64,000 bases of DNA from Gammaproteobacteria bacterium (GCA_965215365.1 CBDCDS010000003.1:2528001-2592000); one strand, 5' to 3'; positions 37,889-47,517 are shown, numbered from the stretch's first letter. Translations and numbers: made by a program. The notes: generated by a model from the sequence alone, not told the origin.

Positions 37889-38215
37889 ATGACACAGCTA
37901 CCAAAATATACAGATGATGACCATGATCGCCTTGAACGCGAGGCTGAGCAGATCATAGCAGAGGCCGAACAAGCCTTGGACCAGGCCAGGGAGATGCTTG
38001 AGGCTTATGGCCTAGATGGCTTTGACGACACCCGTCTCAGCGAGTTCCTGACGGCTGGCGGCCCCTCGGCGGAGCTCGATGCGCTGCGCAACGAAATTTT
38101 TGACGGCATGGATGTCGAGGAGGCTATGTTCGCCGAGGAAAAGCGTCTCATGGCGGAAATGAATCCCGGCGCGTCGTCGCCCAAGCCGCGGCGCGGACGT
38201 ATGACCCGCGTGTAA
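37889..38215 (+). CDS. Small acidic protein, possible tip-filament chaperone or regulator
   Basis: Coiled-coil, basic C-terminal tail PRRGRMTRV; between two Bsp22-like genes. Confidence 0.45.
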   Translation: MTQLPKYTDDDHDRLEREAEQIIAEAEQALDQAREMLEAYGLDGFDDTRLSEFLTAGGPSAELDALRNEIFDGMDVEEAMFAEEKRLMAEMNPGASSPKPRRGRMTRV

Positions 38216-38268
38216 CGTAAATCCGGCAAAAATCAGAGATTCCCAACAGACAACAGAACATAAGAGGT

Positions 38269-38826
38269 ATGCTCATGACGACCAGTATCAACACCAATGT
38301 TTCCGGCCCGAACCCGAACGTCAACACCGAGGTTGTCGGCAGTCACAGCGGACGTATAACGTATAACGGTGTCAGCATGTCCGTACTGCAAGCCGTCTCC
38401 ATGTTATTTATTGAGCGCGCCCAGACCTACAGTTCGCTGGTGAGTGACAGGCTCGAATCCGCCAAGGGTAATCTTAATAACATCCAGGAAGCCCGGCATT
38501 TTCTGCAGGAATTGCGTAACCGCCGCAGCAACAAAAATGAAAAACTCCACAACATGCCGGAGGGCTTGCAGAAGTTCTGTGAAGAGCATCACATTGCTTT
38601 TCCCGAGGATGTAAGTAATGACGGCAAGTGGTCTGATGATGAATTAGACACGATCAAGGATAATGTGCAGGGCGGGCTCGACAATATGCAGGATACCAAC
38701 CAGATGGAGATGATGCATCTAAAAAACGGAACCAATAACCTGGACACCTCCATGACCGCCGCCAGCAAAGTTGAGGAAAAGGCATACGGTTTGAGCAAGG
38801 ATATCGTCAGTGCTTTAGGCCGGTGA
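38269..38826 (+). CDS. Bsp22/EspA-like tip or filament protein, paralog 2
   Basis: MLFIERAQ, LDNMQDTNQMEMMHLKN...SKDIVSALGR resembles the Bsp22-type C-terminus (QMDM..LQ). Confidence 0.65.
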   Translation: MLMTTSINTNVSGPNPNVNTEVVGSHSGRITYNGVSMSVLQAVSMLFIERAQTYSSLVSDRLESAKGNLNNIQEARHFLQELRNRRSNKNEKLHNMPEGLQKFCEEHHIAFPEDVSNDGKWSDDELDTIKDNVQGGLDNMQDTNQMEMMHLKNGTNNLDTSMTAASKVEEKAYGLSKDIVSALGR

Positions 38827-39335
38827 GCGGAGGTATGGCGGCTGAGCAACCGGCTGGCGGCGTGCGCGCAGAGTGGCCGCACGGCTTCGGCACAGTCGGC
38901 AGCACCCTGTTGCAAGGCCATGACAATCTGGCCGCACGGCGCGGCATTACCGGCGCGCAGCTGGAAGGGCTCTTCAACGTCAGTTATGAACGCTACCTGG
39001 TCGGCGACTACCAGGCCGCCGCCCGCGGGTTTGAGCTGCTGTGCCTGTATGACCATGAAAACCTTAAATATCTGCAGGGCTATGGCTATTGTCTGCAAGC
39101 GCTCAGGAATTATCCCAAGGCGGCAGTCTGTTGGTATTTCAGCGCCATGCTGATGCAACGGGGCAGCCACGAATGGGCCGACGCGTGCTTGAATGCCGCG
39201 CGCTTGTTTGCCGGGGCGGGCGCGCGGCAACAAGCCCGAATAGTGCTGCAATCGGTGCTTGAGGCATTACCGGATACCGACTCTGACGCGCACACACAGG
39301 CACTGGCACTGAGCCAGGCCTTAGCCGACGCTTGA
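38823..39335 (+). CDS. Class II translocator chaperone (SycD/LcrH family)
   Basis: LEGLFNVSYERY..GDY..A...FELLCLYDH, GYCLQ TPR motifs. Confidence 0.85.
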   Translation: MSGGMAAEQPAGGVRAEWPHGFGTVGSTLLQGHDNLAARRGITGAQLEGLFNVSYERYLVGDYQAAARGFELLCLYDHENLKYLQGYGYCLQALRNYPKAAVCWYFSAMLMQRGSHEWADACLNAARLFAGAGARQQARIVLQSVLEALPDTDSDAHTQALALSQALADA

Positions 39336-39384
39336 TATTCATTACCCGGACGCCTGCTGGCACGGCGGCACCGGCACCAGGAGG

Positions 39385-40728
39385 TTGAACATTATGACCA
39401 GTGCAGTCAGCACCACCAGAGCCGGTATTCCCGGTGAGGTGCAAACTCTACAGCCGGACAGCCTTGCCGATGTTGCGCAATCCGGCCAGATCCGGGGTGC
39501 AGGCAAAACCGGCACCGGGAAAAAAGCCGGCGGCGCGCCGGCCGATTACGATGCTACGGAGGTGACCACCGGTGCCACGGGCACCGAACCCGAAGGCCTG
39601 CTGGTGCCGCCAACCGTAGCCGACCCGACCAATATGATCCTGCAGATGACCTCTCTGGTGCAGCAATTTGCCGCGGAACGGCAGAAAAATGCAGAGAGCG
39701 ACATCAAGGCGAACGAGGTCGAGAAAAAGCAGAAAAATGAGGAGCGGCTGGAAAAGCTCAAGGCTGCCATAGAAAAGCAGCACAAGGCGGCCAAACACTC
39801 CGGCATCGGCAAGATTTTCGGCTGGATTGCAGTGGGGCTGATGTTCGCGGTGGCGGGTATCGTCGCGGTCGCCAGCGGCGGTCTGGCCGCAGCGCCGCTA
39901 CTCGCCGCGGCGACCGTTACCCTGGGCGTGATGATCGCTCAGGAAACCGGCGGGATGGAAAAAATGATGGAAGCTACGGGTATGAACGACAAGCAGAAAA
40001 TGATATTTTCCATTGGTCTGGCGGTTACCATGCTCATTATGAACATTACTGCCGCGATCATGAGTGGCGGTGCCGCCTCAGCCGGCGTCGCCTCGGCCGC
40101 CACGGAACTGACTGCTACCGCCGCCGAAACCGGTGCCACCGTTGCAGAAACCGGCGCCACGGTCGCCGAAGCCGGCGCCGAGGTCGCGGAAACCGCCTCC
40201 ACCGTTGCCGAAACCGGCGCCGAGCTGGTGGAGGCTGGCGCAGAAATCGGAGAGACCGCCGCGGAAACCGCCGATGCGGCCGCGGAGGTGACCGAGCTGG
40301 GCACCCAGGTGGCAGATGTGTCCACCGAGGCGGCGGATGTGGCCGGGGAAAGCACGGACACGGTCAGCGAGACGGTGGCAACCGCCGGTCAGGTAGCCAA
40401 GGTCAGCGGCAGGAGTGCCCGGGTGATGACGGTCGCCAAGTGGGCCAACCGAGGCGCCAACCTGGTCAGCGGCGGGCTGACCCTCGGCCAGGGCGCAGAA
40501 AACATGGAGGCCGGTTTTGCCGAACGTGACGCCAGCGAAGCCCGGGCCGATGCCCAGGACCTCGCGGCTGCTCTGCACAAGTTCGATGCCATGAACGAGC
40601 AGGCCATCGCAGACCTGAAAAAGATCATAGCTCAACTGCAGGAACAGATACAGCAGACGGCGCAGTTGGTCGCCGAGTCGGCCAAGACCCAGGACAGCAT
40701 CTTTAACCGGAACGTGAATACTATCTGA
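39385..40728 (+). CDS. sctE: Major translocator SctE (YopB/BopB/SseC family)
   Basis: Coiled coil then KAAKHSGIGKIFGWI, two hydrophobic segments (VASGGLAAAPLL); flanked by two class II chaperones. Confidence 0.88.
   Translation: MNIMTSAVSTTRAGIPGEVQTLQPDSLADVAQSGQIRGAGKTGTGKKAGGAPADYDATEVTTGATGTEPEGLLVPPTVADPTNMILQMTSLVQQFAAERQKNAESDIKANEVEKKQKNEERLEKLKAAIEKQHKAAKHSGIGKIFGWIAVGLMFAVAGIVAVASGGLAAAPLLAAATVTLGVMIAQETGGMEKMMEATGMNDKQKMIFSIGLAVTMLIMNITAAIMSGGAASAGVASAATELTATAAETGATVAETGATVAEAGAEVAETASTVAETGAELVEAGAEIGETAAETADAAAEVTELGTQVADVSTEAADVAGESTDTVSETVATAGQVAKVSGRSARVMTVAKWANRGANLVSGGLTLGQGAENMEAGFAERDASEARADAQDLAAALHKFDAMNEQAIADLKKIIAQLQEQIQQTAQLVAESAKTQDSIFNRNVNTI
40120..40350 (+). repeat. 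21-bp (heptad) tandem repeat within the translocator
   Basis: AETGATV AETGATV AEAGAEV AETASTV AETGAEL VEAGAEI..., about 11 degenerate units. Confidence 0.8.
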
Positions 40729-40746
40729 ATATGACAGGCGGCCGTT

Positions 40747-41274
40747 ATGGATTATAACGAAGACGAAGTTGAAGTATCACTGGAACAGGTCTCCGCAGCC
40801 TTTGACAGGTTGCACCTGGACGGCCTGCCGGGCACCTTTGACCTGACTCGGGCGCAGGTTGAGGCCTTGTATGCCGCCGGCCACCAGTTACTCGGCAAGG
40901 GTGATTTGAAGCGGGCAAAGGATGTATTTAATTTCCTGGTGCTGTGCGAGGGCCAGGATGCGCGTTGCTGGACGGCGTTAGCGGTGACGTTGCACAAACA
41001 GAAAAAATGGGCACTGGCCACGGATGCCTATTCCATGGCCGCACTGCTCGATGCCACCAATGTAAAGCTGTATTTTCACGCTGCCGAATGCCTGATGCAG
41101 AATCGTGAATGGGTGCGTGCAAATCAGGCTCTGGAGTCCTTTTTTGAGGTATCCGACACCGTGTACGGCAAGGACAAGAGCAAAATACGCCAGTTTGTTG
41201 ACAAGGCGGAAGCCTGGCAACGGGTCATTGAGGTGAAAGCCCACGCCGGGGAGAACGCCGGCGCGCGGCCCTGA
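40747..41274 (+). CDS. Class II translocator chaperone (SycD/LcrH family)
   Basis: VEALYAAGHQL..G...A..VFNFLV, YSMAALLD, FHAAEC. Confidence 0.9.
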   Translation: MDYNEDEVEVSLEQVSAAFDRLHLDGLPGTFDLTRAQVEALYAAGHQLLGKGDLKRAKDVFNFLVLCEGQDARCWTALAVTLHKQKKWALATDAYSMAALLDATNVKLYFHAAECLMQNREWVRANQALESFFEVSDTVYGKDKSKIRQFVDKAEAWQRVIEVKAHAGENAGARP

Positions 41275-41289
41275 CCGCGCCTTGCGCGC

Positions 41290-41316
41290 AAGCGACTTGG
41301 TGAGATATGCGGGTTA
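41290..41316 (-). repeat. Repeat family B, terminal fragment
   Basis: Reverse complement TAACCCGCATATCTCACCAAGTCGCTT. Confidence 0.7.
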
Positions 41317-41338
41317 GCTCTGAAACGGTCAGAATTAA

Positions 41339-41788
41339 ATGGAAAGAGTACTAGCACAAATTGCCGATACCATGGCGCAACTGCTCGGGATACCGGAGCT
41401 CAGGTTCGATGAGAACGACTGTATCTGTCTGGCTTTCGATGACACCCCCTGCACCATGGTCGCCACCGCCGACGGCTTGCTCCTGCATGCCGAGCTGGCG
41501 CGCCGGTCCGGGTTTGCGGGCGCCGCCGGGATTGAACGCGAGCTGCTGCGCCTGAGCGCGGAACTGTCCTTTACCGACGGGGTAGTGGCCGTGGCTACGG
41601 ACCGTGACGCGGACAGCATTGCGCTGTGCGCCACCATCAAGCCGCTGTGCGCGCCGCAAGCCAACCTGTTGGAGGCTATTATGACTCGCTTCCTGGAACT
41701 CGTGGCGGAGGTGCAACTGCGCCTCAAGCAGCTGCCCACAGCGCCGGCGGCGCCACCGGACTTCGCCGGCGCCGGGCTCAGGGTTTGA
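41339..41788 (+). CDS. Class I T3SS chaperone (CesT family)
   Basis: LGIPELRFDENDCICLAFDD; C-terminal GLRV. Confidence 0.85.
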   Translation: MERVLAQIADTMAQLLGIPELRFDENDCICLAFDDTPCTMVATADGLLLHAELARRSGFAGAAGIERELLRLSAELSFTDGVVAVATDRDADSIALCATIKPLCAPQANLLEAIMTRFLELVAEVQLRLKQLPTAPAAPPDFAGAGLRV

Positions 41789-41838
41789 ATGAACACTTCC
41801 TGCCCGCAGTCTCGCATCCCCGCTCCCTTACGAGCAAA

Positions 41839-42282
41839 ATGAAACGTTACCACGCCCAAAGTTACTTGGCCCTGCTGGCCGCTGAGCCCGAGCTTGCGGC
41901 TGCCACAGACCCGAAGCTGACCCTGTACTTTGACGAACACCAGCTGGATTTCACCCTGACCGAAACCAGCTTGTACTTTTCCTGTGAGTTGTTGCGCCTG
42001 GAGCAAGCGCAGTCAGTGGTGGCGGACAGTCCGGCCAACACGCTCATGGCGCTGCTGCTCGAAGCCAACTGCATGGGGTCCGGCGCCGCCGGGGGTGTCT
42101 TTGTGCTGGATGCAAACAACGCCTTGTGTCTCAAGGGACAGGCGTTGCTGGGCGCGCTTGAGAACGAGGAGCTGGCCGCGCTGCTGGAAGATTTTCTTAA
42201 TCAGGTTGACTACTGGCAACCGCAACTGGCTGCCTTTCTTAACGGCGCCGACAGCAATGACGGCGCCAAGCTACCGGGTTGA
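41839..42282 (+). CDS. Class I T3SS chaperone (CesT family)
   Basis: LLEANCMGSGAAGGVF.LD, LEDFLNQVDYW; start uncertain. Confidence 0.8.
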   Translation: MKRYHAQSYLALLAAEPELAAATDPKLTLYFDEHQLDFTLTETSLYFSCELLRLEQAQSVVADSPANTLMALLLEANCMGSGAAGGVFVLDANNALCLKGQALLGALENEELAALLEDFLNQVDYWQPQLAAFLNGADSNDGAKLPG

Positions 42283-43859
42283 CTGTTATGACAATCAATT
42301 TGAATCAGTTTTCAGATCTGCTCGGCGCGCGCCGGCTGCGCGACACGGATGTGCTGGCCGTCACCGACCGGAATAACCTCAAGCTGCGCGACAGCCGTTT
42401 TCCGGTGCTGCGCTGGCTTGTCAATTCAGGCCTCGGTAAGCGTGCCACCAATCGCAAGACCGTGGATACCTTCATCCGCGCCATGGAGAACCAGTTCGGC
42501 GCGCAACTGCTGGAAAAAATGCAGCTTGACTCGTTGCGCGACCTGCAACGACGCGGTAAGCCACTGCACGTCAGGCATGTCAGGAGCAGCGTTGAGCAGG
42601 CCACGCGCTTGCAGGGCGACGCCACGGCGGTGGTGGATGAACTCGAACGACAATTCAGCAAGGCGCCCTACGCCTCGGTTCCCGGCGGGGCAGAGCTGAC
42701 GCGGGAGGTGCGCGACCGCATTGATTTTGATACCCTGTTCCGCAACCTGCAAGCGGATTGTGACAACTACCGCGGCCGTGAGCAGCTGTGGGTCGCCCTC
42801 CCGAGCATGGTTGAACGACTGGCAACGACGGCGCACAACGAGGCCGTCAGAAAAATTTTTCTGGGGGGGTACGGCATTCAGCCGGCACCGGCGGACACGA
42901 CCGACCGACTGCAGGCGATTGTCGAGGCATTGCCGGAAACCGAAAAACTGAGCGCCGACTTCGGCCTGAGACCGGATAGCAGCAGGATGCCGCCGGCCTT
43001 TTTCGACAAGCTGGCGGGGAAACTACAAAAAACAGTAGAACGGGCTCTGTTGCATCCTGAACGCGTGGCGACCGGCGACGCCTCGGACTCGATCATGTCC
43101 CGGGTGCAACAGGAAGTGCGGTTGACTGTGGAAAAAGCCACCCGGCAGTATCTGCAGGAACGCCTGGACGCATTGCACGCGCTGCAACAGGCACAGGCAG
43201 GCGACATTGCGCCGAGCGCCGGGCCGGCTACTGCGCCGGGCACAGAGGGTCTCTATGAGCAGGCTCTGTACAACCGTATCCCGGCCAGCCAGACGCCACG
43301 CTTGCTGGCGTTGCGCCAGGAGATGCCGGAAGACCTGGGCGCGTTGGTCTCGCCCGACTGTGACCTGAATGCCAAATTCCAACTGTTGCACCAGTTCGGC
43401 GCTCTGGTGCTGCGCACTATCACCGATATGACGCCGGCAGAACAGCAAACACATGCCTCAGGACCGGACGACAGTCTGGATTTTATGGAGGAGTGCTCAA
43501 ACTTCCTCAAGCACGGCAAACTCGATGACGCCGCGGCGGTGCAGCTGCGCCAAGCCCTGGGCGCCGGCGCCGGGTCGGAACTGCCGGGCCTGTATCAGAC
43601 GCTGCAAGATATAAAATATGCGGCGGAATGCAACTCAGACGACGGTTCACCCAAGACCGACCCGGTGTGGGGTGAGGCGTACCGCGCGGTCGAACAGGTG
43701 GACGCGGCCTTCAAGCAGCTGCCGGGCTACCCGGAACTACTCGGCACCATCGACGTGGCCGCCGAGCGCCCCTACGCGCAGGCGGCGCTGCCGGTGTACC
43801 AGGCCATGCGTAACTGCGGTATTGCGCTGCCGCCGCCCGCCGGCGCGCCGGACGCATAA
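42279..43859 (+). CDS. Putative T3SS effector
   Basis: Follows two chaperones; the N-terminal ~105 aa are paralogous to 47518. Confidence 0.65.
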   Translation: MTVMTINLNQFSDLLGARRLRDTDVLAVTDRNNLKLRDSRFPVLRWLVNSGLGKRATNRKTVDTFIRAMENQFGAQLLEKMQLDSLRDLQRRGKPLHVRHVRSSVEQATRLQGDATAVVDELERQFSKAPYASVPGGAELTREVRDRIDFDTLFRNLQADCDNYRGREQLWVALPSMVERLATTAHNEAVRKIFLGGYGIQPAPADTTDRLQAIVEALPETEKLSADFGLRPDSSRMPPAFFDKLAGKLQKTVERALLHPERVATGDASDSIMSRVQQEVRLTVEKATRQYLQERLDALHALQQAQAGDIAPSAGPATAPGTEGLYEQALYNRIPASQTPRLLALRQEMPEDLGALVSPDCDLNAKFQLLHQFGALVLRTITDMTPAEQQTHASGPDDSLDFMEECSNFLKHGKLDDAAAVQLRQALGAGAGSELPGLYQTLQDIKYAAECNSDDGSPKTDPVWGEAYRAVEQVDAAFKQLPGYPELLGTIDVAAERPYAQAALPVYQAMRNCGIALPPPAGAPDA

Positions 43860-43917
43860 AGGGGGCTGACTCCGTGCAGGTAAGCTGCAACCGGTTGGCG
43901 CCGATGCCTGAGGCGCA

Positions 43918-45690
43918 GTGATGACCAGACACGGCGGCCGGCCCGGTGGCGCGGCGCTATTGTTGTTGCTCATTATGGCCCCGGTCAGCGCGCCACAAGA
44001 CCAGACCGACTCCTTGCAGAGCACCGCCAATCTGAGCTGGAAAACCGCCGGCTTCAGTTTTTATGCAAGCCAAATCAGCGCTGCGGACATCCTGTTGGAT
44101 TTTTCCACCAACTTGTCGGTACCGGTGACCGTGAGTAAGCAGGCGCGTCGTCAGACCATCAGCGGCAACTTCAGGCAGTTGCCGGGCAAACGCTTTATCG
44201 AATTGTTGTGCAAGGGCAACAGTCTGATCTGGTTTTTTGACGGTTCCATGCTGTTTGTGCGCCATGCCAACGAGCTCGCGCGCCAGGACCTGACCCTGGA
44301 CCCGGCAACATTTGACGCCGACGCGTTTGCGCGGCTCTACGAGAGTTTTGAGATCGACGGCGGCTTTAATCGTTTCGACGTCATCTTCGACGGCCAGGTG
44401 CTGCGCCTTACCGGCCTACCTGAATATATCAGGTTTGTCGAACGTATCGTGCGCTTTGTAACCGGCGACAAAACCCTGCCGGAAGCGGAGGTCGGCTTTG
44501 GCGATGTCGATACCCAGGTGGTGCGCATGTTGCCGGTGCGTCACGCCTACAGCGAGCCGCAACTGCTTAATCTGGCCAATATTCTGGCAAAAACCATGGG
44601 AGTCAGGCATGTTGATCTGTCCGATGACCGCGCTGTGGCGGCAGTCATGCCGGAGCCGCAGCCACAAAATGATGTCCCGGGCGGCCTCCTGGGGGGGCTG
44701 TTCGGCACCGGGCTGAGCGACAAAAACGTTGAACCGATAGAGCAGTATGGCCGCGGCACCCCGGCACCCGGCGACGTTCCGCCGGCGCCCGCCGCCAACG
44801 GCGCCGCGTCTGGCGCAGCCGCCGCGGGCCTGGTGTTTGCCGGCGGCGCCCCGTTTGTGGCGGTGAACGTCACCCAGCGGGCGCTCATCGTGCGTGACCT
44901 GCGCGCCCGTATCCCGCAATATGTGAGTTTGCTGAATGAACTGGATGTGCCGCAACGGCAGATTGAAATCTCTGCATCCATCCTCGACATCAACAGCAAA
45001 TACAATTCACAGTTGGGCGTTAATATCCAGAACAACCAAGAACAGGGTCTGCTGGAATACGAATACATCCCGGCTTCTTCCATCAGCGACATCACGGGTT
45101 TTCGCGCGCGCCTGTTCGCACTGGTTGAAGATGGCAATGCCCGGGTCGTCTCGGAGCCGTCCATACTCACGCTCAACAACCGCGCCGCGCAATTCCGCAC
45201 CGACCAGACATTTTATGTGCGTCTGGCCGGTGATCGCGCCGTTGATTTGGTGCCCATCAGTTTTGGCACCCACCTGCAGGTGACCCCGAACATCGTCGGC
45301 GGCAACCGCAACGCCGGCGCCGAGCAGGCGCAGATTCATCTGGACATCCATATTGAAGACGGCGTGCGGGCGAGTCCCTCTGGCAATGTGGACGCCATCC
45401 CGCCGGTCAACAACACCGTTATCGACACCGAAGCCCTGGTACAACAAGACACCAGTCTGCTGGTCGGCGGCTATCAAATCAACGATGAAGACTTCAGCAA
45501 CAGCGGCATTCCGGTGTTGAAGGACATTCCCTTCCTCGGTCTGTTGTTCTCCACCCGTTCCAAGACCATCACCTCGATCAACCGGTACTTTATTATTACC
45601 ACGCGCGTGCCAGACTACAACACCCCCGAAGGCGTACAACAAGAAGACGCCAAAGCCGATGCTGCCCTCTCGCAACTGGAAACCCCCTGA
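43918..45690 (+). CDS. sctC: T3SS outer-membrane secretin SctC
   Basis: Signal peptide, LIWFFDGSMLFV, LDVPQRQIEISASILDI, EPSILTLNN, SLLVGGY, GIPVLKDIPFLGLLF. Confidence 0.95.
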   Translation: MMTRHGGRPGGAALLLLLIMAPVSAPQDQTDSLQSTANLSWKTAGFSFYASQISAADILLDFSTNLSVPVTVSKQARRQTISGNFRQLPGKRFIELLCKGNSLIWFFDGSMLFVRHANELARQDLTLDPATFDADAFARLYESFEIDGGFNRFDVIFDGQVLRLTGLPEYIRFVERIVRFVTGDKTLPEAEVGFGDVDTQVVRMLPVRHAYSEPQLLNLANILAKTMGVRHVDLSDDRAVAAVMPEPQPQNDVPGGLLGGLFGTGLSDKNVEPIEQYGRGTPAPGDVPPAPAANGAASGAAAAGLVFAGGAPFVAVNVTQRALIVRDLRARIPQYVSLLNELDVPQRQIEISASILDINSKYNSQLGVNIQNNQEQGLLEYEYIPASSISDITGFRARLFALVEDGNARVVSEPSILTLNNRAAQFRTDQTFYVRLAGDRAVDLVPISFGTHLQVTPNIVGGNRNAGAEQAQIHLDIHIEDGVRASPSGNVDAIPPVNNTVIDTEALVQQDTSLLVGGYQINDEDFSNSGIPVLKDIPFLGLLFSTRSKTITSINRYFIITTRVPDYNTPEGVQQEDAKADAALSQLETP

Positions 45691-45812
45691 GCAACAGCGA
45701 CAGCCACCGCCGTCGCACACAAAGTGTACCTTGCCGCCACCCCATTCGACAAGTTACAATTCTTATTACGACCAACGAAGGGCAAAACCACAACCTGTAA
45801 GGAGTTGACGGC

Positions 45813-47102
45813 ATGGGTCCCAACTGGGCAAATCGTACACTGTTTCACGGTGATAATCTGGATTTCATGCGCGCCATGGATAGCGAGTCTGTCGACCTGA
45901 TCGCCACCGACCCGCCATTTAACAAGGGCCGGGACTTCCACGCGACACCGGACAGTCTAGCCGCAGGCGCGTCATTTCAAGATAGATGGTCGTGGGAAAA
46001 TGATGTACATCAGGATTGGATTGATCAACTTACAGATGACCACCCTAACCTGATCGAAGCAATAGAATCTGCCCGCCATGCCCACAGTGAAGGTATGGGC
46101 GCGTATATGTGCTTTATGGCCGTCCGGCTGCTTGCCATGCGGCGGATACTCAAGTCCACGGGGTCAATTTATCTGCATTGTGATCCGACTGCCAGCCATT
46201 ATCTTAAGGCCGTTATGGATGCGATATTCGGGTATAGGAATTTCAGGAATGAAATTGTATGGTCGTACAGAAGATGGCCGTCAAAAAGCCGCCATTTCCA
46301 GACCATGCACGATATTCTGCTATTTTACACAAAGGGAACGGATAACATATTTAATGTCGATTATGAGCCTGCCAGCGATAGCTATCTAAAGCGATTTAAG
46401 GGGAAAACGCAAATTCTTGATCCTGAAAACAAGACTCGGAAGATACCCGTGGATGCACCGACAAAAGGTATGCCGATGAGGGCTGTGTGGGATATTTCGT
46501 TTATTGCTCCGGCATCAAAAGAGCGCACTGGCTACCCGACACAAAAGCCCATCAAACTATATGATCGAATCATTAAAGCATCCAGCAATGAAGGTGACAT
46601 TGTCTTTGATCCGTTTGCAGGTTGCGCAACGACCTGCGTCGCCGCAGAGCGTTTGAACAGGCAATGGATAGGGATTGATATATGGGACAAAGCGTATGAA
46701 GTTGTCATCAAGCGCTTACATGAAGAAGTGGGTCTATTTGGGGATGTTCACTATTCCGATACTATCCCGACGCGCACCGATGACGGCTTGACGGCTGCGC
46801 CGTACCTTAAGGTCAAGCAATCCATCCCTGAACCACCGGGACGGAAAATGTCCAGGGCGGAAATGTATGAAATATTGCTATCGCAACAGGGCACGAAATG
46901 CCAGGGATGTGATCGGAAATTCGATGATGCCCGTTACTTGGAGCTCGACCACAACACACCAAGGGCGGACGGTGGGCCCAACCACATATCCAACCGCATC
47001 CTGCTATGCGGTCCCTGCAACAGGCTGAAAAGTCATATATACACTTTGTCGGGGCTCAGACGCGAGAATGAAAAACGGGGATATATCCGCAGTGAGCGCT
47101 GA
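45813..47102 (+). CDS. N6/N4 DNA methyltransferase (beta class) fused to a C-terminal HNH endonuclease
   Basis: DLIATDPPF, GYPTQKP, DPFAGCATT; then CQGC...ELDH.TPRADGG.N...N..LLCGPCN.LK. Confidence 0.9.
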   Translation: MGPNWANRTLFHGDNLDFMRAMDSESVDLIATDPPFNKGRDFHATPDSLAAGASFQDRWSWENDVHQDWIDQLTDDHPNLIEAIESARHAHSEGMGAYMCFMAVRLLAMRRILKSTGSIYLHCDPTASHYLKAVMDAIFGYRNFRNEIVWSYRRWPSKSRHFQTMHDILLFYTKGTDNIFNVDYEPASDSYLKRFKGKTQILDPENKTRKIPVDAPTKGMPMRAVWDISFIAPASKERTGYPTQKPIKLYDRIIKASSNEGDIVFDPFAGCATTCVAAERLNRQWIGIDIWDKAYEVVIKRLHEEVGLFGDVHYSDTIPTRTDDGLTAAPYLKVKQSIPEPPGRKMSRAEMYEILLSQQGTKCQGCDRKFDDARYLELDHNTPRADGGPNHISNRILLCGPCNRLKSHIYTLSGLRRENEKRGYIRSER

Positions 47103-47273
47103 GTGCGCGCATGAAGCCCGGTGCAGCGTACCAGTACGCCCCCATTGATAGCGTGCATTGCGCGCAACTTTATGCTATGGTTGTTACCCGGTGGCTGTTG
47201 CCTGAGCGACTGCGGTTGCGCTTTTGGGCCGTTGCCGAACATTCATCTCAACCTGTAACCCGATCGGATCACT

Positions 47274-47507
47274 ATGACATCTGCTGACAACCTTACCCTG
47301 GAGGCGCGGCTCTCCGACGACCCTGAAGGCAGTGAGCGCGATAAGCTCCTGCAAGTCCTGAAAGCATTTGAGCAGGAATTGGACGAGGCTTTGAAAAAAG
47401 GCTGCGCCCCCGCCGACTACAAACGCCTCAGCGAAGTATTGCTTGGCGCGCGCGTGGCGCAAGGTGTACTGGCTGTCTATCACGGCCACCTGAATAAACA
47501 AACCTAG
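47274..47507 (+). CDS. Needle co-chaperone YscE/EscE/SsaE family
   Basis: LTLEARLSDDPEG..RD..L, LKKGCAPADY motif; 77 aa. Confidence 0.75.
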   Translation: MTSADNLTLEARLSDDPEGSERDKLLQVLKAFEQELDEALKKGCAPADYKRLSEVLLGARVAQGVLAVYHGHLNKQT

Positions 47508-47517
47508 CGACCGCCCT

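Noticed and set aside
40120-40350. Periodic repeats as a CRISPR array
   Set aside because: In-frame coding repeats with no unique spacers; no cas genes in the window
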